Below, piece by piece: positions 1 through 11,400 of a stretch of DNA of 64,000 bases; the first letter of the stretch is position 1; every line of letters starts with the position of its first letter. The translations under genes were made by a program, and so were the position numbers. Source of the DNA: Malacoraja senta (lineage: Eukaryota); NCBI GenBank assembly GCA_038087875.1, contig CM075979.1, positions 15,996,001 through 16,060,000 of the forward strand. Reading direction: 5' to 3'. The notes below the pieces were generated by a model that was not told where the DNA came from, searched no databases, and saw nothing but the letters and a program-made list of their open reading frames with translations.

Positions 1-126
1 CTTACCTTAGGTGGTATTATGAGGACATTTATTATTTATTAATGCCCTGAAGACATTGAAGCATGTCTTTAGGGCACTGTTTCTTACACTGGTCACTTGT
101 ACCGAAATGTCTTGGCCTGATAACGT

Positions 127-144
127 CCTGCCCCCTGGTGGACA
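127..144 (-). promoter_or_regulatory. CTCF-binding motif
   Basis: Minus strand reads TGTCCACCAGGGGGCAGG, a close match to the CTCF core consensus (CCACCAGGGGGCGC), in non-repeat sequence. Confidence 0.55.
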
Positions 145-618
145 GAAGGTGCCCTTCCTTCAGTCATCATCTTCCAGCAATCCCTTCAGTGCAGTGTTGG
201 CTAGATAGAAACAATATGTAATCCTTTACTTCTATCATTGTTATAAGCTTCAAAATCAATTACTTGAAGCCAACGTGCACCGACACATTAGGAGGTGGTT
301 TGCATTTAAATGCTTTCTGGAACGTACAGCACTGACATTCTCACATCAGGCAAGCTGCCGGTGAAGAATTCTGGCATCCCAATTATTTTCCTGAAATTAA
401 TCAGAAGGAGCATTTTTGAATTTTACTTGTAATCATGTGAGAAGGAGAGGCATTATGCAAGAAAATGACTTAAATGCTCATACATATTGTCCTCATAACA
501 CTTGCTAATGTAACCCTCCAACTTTGGATTGCTTAATAGTACGCCTAACCTTGTACCACCTGTTGAACCAGGACTGACAAACTTCTATAACTTGATCCTG
601 CAACTGTCATAATGCACT

Positions 619-986
619 ATGTGTAGGAAGGAACACCAGATGCTGATTTCCACAGAAGATGGACACAAAAAGCTGGAGTAACTCATTGGGTCAGGCAGCA
701 TCAATGGAGAAAAGGAATCTGAAGAATAGTCTCGACCCGAAACGAGCAGGAACGGGGTACTGATTGTGGATGATCAGCCATGATCACATTGAATGGCGGT
801 GCTGGCTCGAAGGGCCGAATGGCCTACTCCTGCACCTATTGTCTATTGTCTGTTGTCTATTGTCACCCATTCCTTCTCTCCAGAGATGCTGCCTGTCCCG
901 CTGAGTTACTCCAGCTTTTTGTGTCTATCTCCAGAGATGTTGCCTGACCCGCTGGGTTACTCCAGCTTTTTGTGTCTATATTTGCA
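619..986. mobile_element. Penelope-derived short element, inverted (fold-back) dimer with hammerhead core, interrupted by a CR1 tail
   Basis: Left arm 619-718 is the reverse complement of right arm 865-980. CTGAAGA...GAAACG at 719-744. 10-bp TSD ATAATGCACT at 609-618 and 987-996. Similar to the 3' end of the Penelope copy at 30950-31042. Confidence 0.8.
745..864 (+). mobile_element. CR1 LINE 3' tail fragment
   Basis: Nearly identical to the CR1 tail at 19205-19323; ends in (TATTGTC)n. Confidence 0.85.
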
Positions 987-1364
987 ATAATGCACTGCTT
1001 GTCTGTGCCTGTATTGGAAGGGAGAGAGTTCTGGGAAGGATTATAGTTGAGAAGGGGAGCTCTGTGTGAGGTTCAGTTGCCTGAGATTAGTGTTGGGGTG
1101 CAAGGAAGCCTGAATTCACCAAATGGAGAAGGTAGCGATTTGATACTGGATAAGGAGGTAGGGGGTTTAATGTGGCAAGTGAGACCTCAATGCCGAGAAG
1201 CCTATAGGAGAACCATAGATAAATAACATAAAGGGATCCACCTCATTCAGATTCCCAGCACTTACAGTGTACTTCTTAGGGCATGCAGAAACAACCCTCA
1301 CAGCCTACCTCTTCCACTGAGATGTATGGACATGTATGGGACATCTTAAAATACCATCCAAATG

Positions 1365-1545
1365 GATACTGAGCCTCCAGTTGCCTGTCACTTTAATTCT
1401 CCACTTGCACCCTGATCTCCCTGTCTTTGGCCTCTTCCATTATTCCAATCATGACCAATGTACACTCACGCAACAGGGTCTCATCTTCTACCAGGTAGTT
1501 AATGTCCTCAGCACAACGTAGTTATAGTATTATTTCTCAGCATTT
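1365..1545 (+). mobile_element. Old Penelope GIY-YIG C-terminal remnant
   Basis: Translates to PVACHFNSP...DLPVFGLFHYSN...LIF, matching PVAQHFNSPSHSVSDLSVLGLLH...HLIF of the ORF at 29475-30833. Confidence 0.6.
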
Positions 1546-1789
1546 ATAATTAGCTGCAATAATTAAAAATCTTAGCTGTGAAGCTTCTGTTGGTGTGCTA
1601 ATCATGGAGAAGTACCCAGTGGAAACAATTAACAGGACTACCACGACAAATTTCTATCAAGCGTCACCTGTGATAAGTTGAATGGTATTAAATGCTAAAA
1701 TTAAGCAGCTGAAATAGCACCAAGAAAGCAAAGGTATCTGGGCAATTGCAAAATTTCTCCTAATTTTGACATCACAAACTCTGAAAAAT

Positions 1790-2810
1790 TGTGCAGAAGG
1801 GGAGCTCCCGGCAACCACTGGGCAGCCGTGCCAAAGCAAACATGGCCTCCAGCGAGGAGAGTTGCTGGAGAGGAAGTGACGGCCGATATGGAGCCGGTCA
1901 AGTCCGGACTCGACCGGCAACCACCACGAACAAGTTCTAGCCCGGCGACCAAAGTGACCACAAATGAGAACGGCCAAAATGAGAAACACCGTGAGGGAGG
2001 GCAGGGGGGAGAACAATGGAGGAGCCAGCATGGGGGGGGGGGCCTCCATGAAGGAGGGGGGGAAGAACGATGGAGGAGCCGGCATGGGGGGCACCTCTGT
2101 GAGGGAGAGGGGGGAAGAACAATGGAGGACGCAGCGTTGGGGGACTGCCGTGAGTGAGGGGGAACAACAATGAACAATGGAGGACCCGGAGTGGAGGAAC
2201 CGCCAGGAGGAGGGGGAGAACAAAGGAGGAGCTGGCGGGGGCACTTTGTAACTTTGCGAGTGCCGTTTATGTGGTGACTATTTGCATTCCTTGGGTATGC
2301 AAGCAAAGAATTTCACCGTGACTTGTCATATGTGACAATAAAGAATTCCATTCCATTCCAGGAAGGAAGACGAGCCGGACAAGGACAGATAAGGACCGAC
2401 GAGAACAAGAACGGGGCCTGTGGCCGACAAGAACAAAGACCTGTCGACCGCCGAGAACAAAGACCCAACGGCCATGTGCAGGGTAGGCTCGGAGCCCTGA
2501 AGGCCGGAGAGACAATGAGTGAGCCGTCGGCAGGGACGGATGTGAGGAGTGGGTCAGTAGCAGAGGGGTATTGGCTCCAGCACCTTCAAGGTCAGCTGCA
2601 GGAGGTGCCCCCGGTACACAGAGGCGTTCGGCAGACAAGAGGGACATTGGGCCGGGCTAACCGTGGATAGGACTTTGCACTTTGGACTGTTGTGTTTTCT
2701 GTGTTGTTTTTTTTAATGGCACCACAATTGTGGTGACTGCATTTTGTAGATGTGTGAAGGAATTTCACTCTGCTGTGCATATGTGACAACAAAGAACCAT
2801 TGATTTGATT
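1790..2810 (+). mobile_element. Two adjacent or nested non-coding GC-rich retroposons with TGACAATAAA-type (Rex1/L2-like) tails
   Basis: Tails CATATGTGACAATAAAG(ATTCC)n ending ~2360 and CATATGTGACAACAAAG...TGATTTGATT ending ~2810; internal G-rich GAGAACAATGGAGGA repeats; 5' boundary approximate. Confidence 0.55.
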
Positions 2811-3841
2811 CACCTGAGAGACGCAGGATACATTTGAAAGGTCTGAGTACCATTGGATCCATCTTTTTGCACACGAGACGGAATGGGAACATCCTGTAGA
2901 GGATCATCCAGCTGCTGTAATATGTGATGGCTCACCTTCCCTGCCTGACAAATTGTAGAGTCACACAACCGAAGCCAGCTGTGAGCGAAAACTAGCAGCA
3001 AATGAAACAGCGGGCTGCTGCTCTGGGAAGTAATATAAAAGAAGGCACCAGGGACTTAAAGATCAATTAGCAAGATACAGTGTACTAATCCAAAATCACA
3101 TAACCAGGAGGTGATTTATGCTTCAATGTTGCTGGGGCAGAACTCCACTAGTTGGTTAGGAAGTTACTTTCCTCCAGTGACTACATTTCCATGACTGGTT
3201 GTTGGCATATGATATATACTGTATACCACTCACAGTGAAAAATAAATAGTCTCCTTGATTACCTTTTCCTTGAGGAGGACAACTGAAGTTCTGCAAAAGG
3301 TGGCATATTCTGTAAAAGGAGGTGCTAGGTAGGAAGGAGCAGATGTATTAAAAAAGATGCCCATTGCATATTAATCAAGTGATAGATCCCATCAACATTG
3401 TGTAGAGCCTTGCTAAGTTGTATTTTAAACATTTCTCGATAATTAAGAAAGATTGTGTAAGCTCACCTCATCAGATATTAGTGTGTGGATAGTGAGGTTT
3501 GACCCTTATATAGATATAGATGTGGCATTGCAGTTTTCTTCACAACAGGAACTATTAGTAATTCCTGATCACTATATTTTAACTCTGCCAATTTGGACTT
3601 AACCCATGTGCTAAGACCTCTTAATTGGAGGGCACTGCATCAGCAAATAAGTTTTTTTTTTTTAAACTTAAGAGGTGGAGTTTCAGAATGATATTGTAAT
3701 GGTACATTTCAACTCCAAGTGTCAATTCTGATATAAAACAAGGATAATTTTGTATTAACATTAAACATGGAATGCAAATGATTCTGAACTTCCAGCCAAT
3801 GCAGGGAAATACGAGCTCAAAATTTCAGATTTATTTAAATA

Positions 3842-6211
3842 CAAGACTAAGTGGGACCCGTTGGGTCCCATGTTCACACGGGAGGGCTGGTCCCCCAACG
3901 CAATATTCCACCTCTCCACCAATTCCAATATTTGTGGCCAGTGGGGGGGGGGGCTAGTATGGGTGTTGTGGGCCGAAGGGACTGGTTTCCAGAGGGCTAC
4001 TATGGACATTGTGGGCCGAATGGATTCTTGGGCTGGCAGATCAGTCACTCAGGCCTGATGGGCTGGCAGCTCAGACACTCAGGCCTGGTGGGCTGGCAGC
4101 TCAGTCACTCAGGCCTGTTAGGCTGGCAGCTCAGAAACTGCCAGAAATTCTGCTGAAAACAGGTGAGAGACTGTGAGATAGAAAGGGGAGAGGATGGAGA
4201 ATCAATTTTAGATGTTTTTCACCTTTTTCTGTAGATCACAGCAATGAAGGAGGAATGTCTATCCTAGCCTGGATCTCACAGGGAGCCAATGAAAGGAGGG
4301 AGAAAGATACTGGGTGAGGTTTAATACTTGCAGGGGGAATACTTACTGATGGGCCAAAGGGATTCCTCCTGGGCTAGTACAGGCCTGATGGGCCAAAGGG
4401 GCTCTTTAAAAAACAATCTGAGTGAAATCACAGTGAAAGGCACCTTTTCTGGACTTTTCCTGGCCTGGCACGGGCCTTTTGGGCCAAAATGCTCCGCCTG
4501 GGCTAATACGGGCATTTTGGGTAAAAGGGAATGGTTTCTCTGCTAATAGGAGCCTTGTGGGCCAATGTTTCAGGCTGGCCAAACAACTCATTTCATTTCA
4601 TTTCCATTTCACTTTCAAGCACAGGGCAGGCCAAACAGCACATTGCATTTTCATTTCACTTCCATTGCCATTGCAGTTTCAAGCACAGGGCAGGCCAAAC
4701 AGCTCATTGCATTTTGATTTCACTTCCATTGCCATTGCAGTTTCAAGCACAGGGCAGGCTGAACAGCTCATTGCATTTTCATTTCACTTCCATTGCCATT
4801 GCAGTTTCAAGCACAGGGTAGGCCGGACAGCTCATTGCATTTTGATTTCACTTCCATTGCCATTGCAGATTCAAACACAGGGCAGGCCGAACAGCTCATT
4901 GCATTTTCATTTCACGTCCATTGCCATTGCAGTTTCAAGCGCAGGGCAGGCTGAACAGCTCATCGCATTTTCATTTCACTTCCATTGCCATTGCAGTTTC
5001 AAGCACAAGGCAGGCCAAACAGCTCATTGCATTTTCATTTCATTTCCCTTGCCATTGCAGTTTCAAAGCACAGGGCAGGCCAAACAGCTCATTGCATTTT
5101 CATTTCATTTCATTTCCATTGCCATTGCAGTTTGAAAGCACAGGGCAGGCCAAACAGCTCATTGCATTTTCATTTAATTTCCATTGCCATTGCAGTTTCA
5201 AAACACAGGGCAGGCCAAACAGCTCATTACATTTTCATTTCATTTCTATTGCCATTGCAGTTATAAAGCACAGGGCCGTCCAAAGAGCTGATTGCATTTT
5301 CATTTTATTTCCATTGCCATCGCAGTTTCAAAGCACAGCGCAGGCCAAACAGCTGATTGCATTTTCATTTCAATTGCCATTGTTGTTACAAAGCACAGGG
5401 CAGGCCGAACAGCTCATTGCATTTTCATTTTATGTCCATTGCCATTGAAAATTTAAAGCACAGTGCAGGCCAAAACAGCTGATTGCATTTTCATTTAATT
5501 TCCATTGCTATTGCATTCAAAACACAGGGCAGGCCAAACAGCTGATTGCATTTTCATTTCATTTCCATTACCATTGCAGTTTCAAAGCACATGGTAGGCC
5601 AAACACCTAATTGCATTTTCATTTCATTTCCATTGCCATTGCAGTTTCAAAGCACAGGACAGGCCAATCAGCTCATTGCATTTTCCTTTCATTTCCATTG
5701 CCATTGCAGTTTCAAAGCACAGGGCAGACCGAACAGCTCATTACATTTTCATTTCATTTCCATTGCCAATGCAGCTTTAAAGCACAGGGCAGGCCAAACA
5801 ACTCATTTCATTTTCATTAAGGGCTAACATTTCATTTATTCAAGTACATAGCAGACTTACATTTCTGATGATTCACAGCAGAATGAAAGTTGTGGCCTCT
5901 CCCTCGCAATCTTGCAGAGAGACCGAGTCATGTCCAGGCATCCGGGGTTTTATAGTCCTGCTCCCCCCCCCCCCCAGGAAGGGGCGTTACCTTCATCGTG
6001 GTGATTGACAGGAGAGAGGATCTCAAAGTTTCGAAACACTCACAACTCTTTCATTTTTCATCGATCAGAAAAATCCTCGGGGCCTGCGCAGCGGAGGGGG
6101 ATTGTGAGTAAGCTGGCCGAAAATCACAGCCATATATCGTAGTGTTTTTTTCTAAAATCAATATACAGCCCAGACAGGAAGTGGTCAAGATGAGACTTTT
6201 AGTTATATAGA
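3842..6211 (-). mobile_element. Non-autonomous Helitron (rolling-circle element)
   Basis: Minus strand begins A|TCTATATAAC at 6211 and ends with hairpin TGGGACCC-AAC-GGGTCCCA followed by CTTAGTCTTG|T (variant of the CTRR end); A|T target; no TSD. Confidence 0.8.
4572..5820. repeat. 64-65-bp minisatellite (~19 copies) inside the Helitron
   Basis: Unit CACAGGGCAGGCCAAACAGCTCATTGCATTTTCATTTCACTTCCATTGCCATTGCAGTTTCAAG; unit starts at 4620 and 4684 give the period. Confidence 0.95.
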
Positions 6212-6289
6212 TTGTTTTGTTTTTTCATTTGAAAGTAAATTATAGCAGTGTGCAATGACAATATAGGACTTTCCTTGAGGAAGGAGGAG

Positions 6290-6530
6290 GAATTTCTTTA
6301 GTCAGAGGTGGTGAATCTGTTAAATTATTTTCCACAGAAGGCTGTGGGGGCCAAATCAATGGCTATTTTTAAGACAGAGATAACTAGATTATTGATTAGT
6401 ACAGGTGTCAAGGGTTATGGGGAGAAAGCAGGAGAATGAGGTTAGGATGGAAAGATAGATGAGCCATGATTGAATGGCAGAGTAGACATGATGGGCAAAT
6501 TGGCCTAATTCCTCCTATCACTTATGAGTT
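6290..6530 (+). mobile_element. CR1 3' end fragment
   Basis: AATTTCTTTAGTCAGAGGTGGTGAATCTG...GCCATGATTGAATGGC...GGCCTAATT CR1 3' motifs. Confidence 0.75.
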
Positions 6531-7136
6531 AATAATCTCATTGCCAGGAAATTAAAAAAAAGATCAGAGTTGAGGAACATATATCTGTGAGGATGATATT
6601 TTAAAACTCTACCTTTGAGAATACACAAAGGGCTGTTGACAATTGACATGTCTTAATCAATATCTGCTTCAACGTCTTTTCCAGTGTAATGCAGCATGCA
6701 GACTGCCACTAAGTAAGAGCAGAACAATGATGAGTGCACTCAATTATTCTCTCCACTGAACCCAAATCACGGTAAATTGAATTCAATGTGAGAATGCTAA
6801 TGTTCTAAATGATTAGATTTACCAATTAATGGGATAGATTGAAAAGTTAAATTGGATAACACACAATTTTTTTTTCAGGATTAAGGTGAAACAGGCATTA
6901 AAATGGAAATCAGGGAAGCAAAAAGGGAGCATGAGATAGCTCTAAGATTAAGGAGAATCCCAAGAGGTTTTATGTATATTAAGGGAAAAAGAGTAACTAA
7001 AGAGAATTGGGCCCCTCAGAAACATTTCCATGTGGAGCATAAATGCAGCTTGAATTTGATGGCGAGATTTGACACTGTAATTGAACAGTGGGACCAGTTG
7101 GAGAAAGCACCCTGTTTTGTGTTTCATGCCACTTAG

Positions 7137-7269
7137 GCCTCCAATCTCAGTTAGAGGGATTCGTGTGTCTGACATCCATCGCAAATTTGGCTTTCACGTG
7201 GGATCCAATCGCCCTCTTAATCATGGCTCAGATTGGGACGGCACTCAAAGAAAATCTCATACAGCGGTG
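7137..7269 (+). CDS. Candidate host-gene exon (unidentified)
   Basis: Pyrimidine tract + TTAG acceptor and GTG|GTGAGT donor; 133 nt of unique sequence; two frames open (PPISVRGIRVSDIHRKFGFHVG... or LQSQLEGFVCLTSIANLAFTWDP...). Confidence 0.35.
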
Positions 7270-8094
7270 GTGAGTTTCTTGAACAAGTTGGTTTATTCCG
7301 GCCTTGTAACAGTATATACTGGGAGTGCGCTTTGAGTGATGGCTCAACGATACTCCGCTGACTCCAAAGACTTCAAACTATTTATAGTATTCACGCTACA
7401 ATGGTTACATGCGGATTTTAGATTTTTACAATAATTCATCAGATACCTATTTTTCTTTGTAGTATTTGATCTTTGTTTATCTCTGTGGGGGTTGCCTCCA
7501 TCTTCCTGACAGCTGGGATTTGTCTTTCTCTTGCCTGAAAACAATTTACCCATTCTCTCTGTAAATGGGTGCTATAAATTATGGTAATGTCTTTCTGTCA
7601 TGACTCATTTTATCTTTTGCACTGGGTCTACATAGTAGCATCGATATGATTATCACTGCTCCAGTAACAATGCCTTCCAATATAAACAATTCTCTAAACT
7701 AATTATCGCCTCTTCTAATGTGACTTTTAAGATACCTGCACTAATCTGGCCTAATTTCTCAAACTTTTTTCCAGTTTCTATGGCACTTAGGTCAACCATA
7801 TTGCAAACATTCCCAATTTTCTTATACTTTCAGGAGATTACTTCTGCATTCTCTGACAGAGATATGACACTGAAGAGCCCAACCTTAAAGCAGAACTGCA
7901 ATATCTCAAGTCAAGTTAATTCAGCATATTGGCTTATGCATAAGTCGGTTGTGGTACAGGTGAAATGCTTGCTTGCAGCAGCATCACAGACACATTAACT
8001 CAGACAACATGCAAAGATGAAAATTACACATAAATGATACCAGACTGGAAAAAGAAAAAGACTGTGCAAAATAAGACATCTGTGGAAAACACAA

Positions 8095-8450
8095 TGTCTT
8101 ACGGAGATTCGGCATGTCGAAGAGGATTCGCCTAAACTTCTACAGGTGCACGGTAGAGAGCATTCTGACTGGTTGCATCATGGCCTGGTTCGGCAACTTG
8201 AATGTCCAGGAGCGGAAAAGACTACAAAAAGTTGTGACTACTGCCCAGTCCATCACCGGCTTTGACCTCCCCACCGTCGAAGGGATCTATCGTAGTCGAT
8301 GCCACAAAAAGGCAGCCAAAATCTTCAAAGACCCACACCATCCTGGCCACACAATCATCGTCACCATTGCCATCAGGAAGAAGGTACAGGAGCCTGAAAT
8401 CTGTAATGTCCAGGTTTAGGTACAACTTCTTCCCTACAGCCATCAGGCTA
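8095..8450 (+). mobile_element. Rex1/Babar-type LINE 3' part, 5' segment (continues at 13187-13372 after the DIRS insertion)
   Basis: NFYRCTVESILTGCIMAWFGN...LQKVV..AQSITG...PSGRRYRSLK...RF.NFFPTAIRL; the sequence joins across the DIRS as CAGGCTA|TTAAACAC, as in the copy at 51652-51670. Confidence 0.85.
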
Positions 8451-11400
8451 TTTTACTTCGGAGTCACGTGAGTGACTACGTGAAGACCTGTCAGGGCGCA
8501 TGCGCGTCATTTACGTCGGTCGCATTGGCGCACACAGGCTGGGAGAAACAAAGTTCTCCAGCGGTAAGTTTGAAAAATACTGTAGGTAAGTTTAAACTTA
8601 CTTTTCAGGTTGCCCGTTGCAGGAATCTCTTCTCGCAGGTTCCTGCTGGACATGAAATTCAGCATAACCCGGTGGACCGCGGTGAAATTATGGACCGCGG
8701 TGATGCCGGCTTCGGACACCGGGAGTGCGGTAGCAGGCGGCCGGCGGGGTTTGCTGGTTCCCGACTCCCGACTCCCGAGGTTTAATTCGGGCCGCGGGTT
8801 TTTTGTAGACCGCAGGTAAAGCAAGCCACGGTCACGATAGAGGTGGCTGTTGGGCTTGTTATTTCGAGTCGCTGACAGGCAGGTCAGCGACTCCAGAGAT
8901 ATGTTTTAAATAGGGGCCGCGGGGTTTCTCTAGACCGCGAGGATACCGGCTACGGTCCACGGTAAAGTGAGGAGCCGGTGGCCGTCGGACTTCTTGTTAG
9001 AGTCGCTGACAGTAAGGTCAGCGACTCCCGAGGGTATTCGGGGTGCAGACTGAGCGTGGGCGTCGGGTTACTACCCGGCTCATTGAGGCAAGGACCCCGA
9101 CTTTGGCAGCCCATATGAGTTTGAACTATGTGGAGCCTGGCCAGGAGAGGAGAGGAGTAAGGACTCAGGGCTGCTTACCAATTCCTCAGTGGAGAGGAGT
9201 ACAAGGGGTCAGTGTACCCCAACCCCAACTCAGGAAGTGAGATTAGTGGTTTATCACCCTTATGTGTCTATGACAGTAGCATTTTCTGCTAATTCTGTGG
9301 AGGTTTCAGGTCTAGGCCAAGCTGGCCTTCAAGGAGAATTTACAATTCACGCATCAGGACGAACGCAATTTTGGGAAGCGTTCAAAAGGGTAGACATTAT
9401 AGTTACCACTTGGTCACATTGTGACTATTATACCGAGACAGATGATTATCATTTACTCAATTAAGGGGGAAGCCTTGTTGAGCTGTATTATCAGTCACCT
9501 GTGGGAATTACACCAGGTGGCATCATAGTAATTCTGCTCATTAAAAGGGACTGTGCATGGTTTCTTCCCCAAGACGCCGGATTACGCATATTAAAAGTAA
9601 ATAAATCCCAGGTTTAACTGGGATGGGCGTCTTTATTCACATAAATGTCTTTGCCTATGACAAATAACTGTTAAGTTTTGTTCCAACATTTCCCACTATG
9701 TCTGATGTACGGGGGCGAGAGGCGCTCCAATTCTTCCTCATAGACGGCGTTGGCATCGGGAAAGAGCACGATTTGGAGTCGCTAGCACGTGCAGCCTGTT
9801 TGGGGAACGAGGATACCAACAGAGTATCGATTTGCATGGCTAGTCCTGGCGGCTGCTGTAGGCAGCGACCTGATAACCCCAACTCAGAGTGAATGCCAAG
9901 CCAGGGGTATCAATGTCAGACAACATTGCGTCTTGTTGCAATCCAACAACGCTCCATCGTAAGGCATGTCAGGCAGCAACACCTAGTAAAGGGTTGCAAA
10001 ATTCCCTGCACTCAAGGGAGTGGTCGAGAGAGTGCTACAGGAGGATGCACATGTGCCTGAAGCAACACCTGTTTGCAGGGTTGCCATTCCTCCCACTTGG
10101 TGCACCACAGTGGTCGAGAGAGTGCTAAAATACATGCACACTTGCCTGAGCTGACGCCTAGTAAAGGGTTGCCAAAATTTCTCTCACTCAAATGGCGGAG
10201 TGGTCAAGAGAGTGCTACAGGAATATGCACATGGGCCTGAAGCAACACCTGTTTGCAGGGTTGCCATTACTCCCACTCGGTTCTCCGTATTGGTCGAGAT
10301 GGTACTAAAATACATACACACAGGCCTGGTGCAGCTCCTGTTGAAGGTTGCATAAGTCCTCCCACATGGAGGTATAGCAGATGAAGATGGAGCCACACAC
10401 ATATGTGATAAGATTTTGGGGAATGGTGTCGAACAACATGCTTGGTACAGACTCATGTACAAGCAAATGGAGGAGATGGATGGTGATACCGGCTTCAGCT
10501 TCGATAAGTCCCACTCTAAAAGAGTGTCTAAGGTTAGTATGGATTAACTCCAAACAGGAATCCAAACATGGCTATGTGCCAGGATCCCATGCTGAATGCA
10601 TGAGGGTAAGCAGTGGCCGTTTGCCTCTAAAATTGCTGCTCAGTCGCTGATTGCTGATCCATCCAGAGAAATCCAATTTAACACCTGACTATTTGGGTCA
10701 CAATTGATTCAATTAAGTGACTCTGCCCAGGGAAAAAAGGGTAGAGCTAATTGACAGCTGTATCAAGCTAATTGTGGCATTAAGGATACATTCGGGTCAT
10801 TATAATAGACCTATGCAGTTATCAGTAAAGGCTATTCTGATTTGCAATGGTGTATTCACCATGTGTCCAGGAGTTATAGCAAGGTAATGCTTGACCAGCC
10901 TTCCATGATTTTGCAGATGAATGTCAGTGCACTCGGGTGGGGTGTCACGGATACGAGTTTCAGCTGTGGAGGCAGATGGACTGAGCAAAAGGCATCGCTT
11001 CTGCAGACATGGGCAATTAACTATTAAGAGGTTTTTATGGACAAGGCTTATTGCTCTAACAAATGTAATCTGCATGTTCAGTTTCAGATGGACAATACTA
11101 CGCAAGTGGCATATATATTAATCACATCGGTGGAATCAAGTCGGCATCTTGTGACAGATTGGCTAATCAAATTTGGGCCTGGTGCATTGGAAAATATATT
11201 TCAGCTATTTATCTACCAGGTAGATTCTACATAGTAGCAGACGCCAAGTCACGAAAGTTCCATGACAACATAGATTGAATGTTGAACCAGGAGGTGTTCA
11301 ATAATATAGTACTTGTATATGAATGCCAGATATCGATTTGTTTTGCATCAAGATTCAACCATCAGATGCCTAAATAGGTTTCATGGGAACCAGACCATGT

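Noticed and set aside
1657-2670. Pro/Gly-rich ORFs
   Set aside because: Low-complexity G-rich repeats inside retroposons
4572-5820. CRISPR-like array
   Set aside because: Head-to-tail units without unique spacers, in a eukaryotic context with no cas genes; the same applies to 51679-52019
4479-5827. Long overlapping ORFs with CHC/FHFH repeats
   Set aside because: Translations of the 64-bp minisatellite, open in several frames
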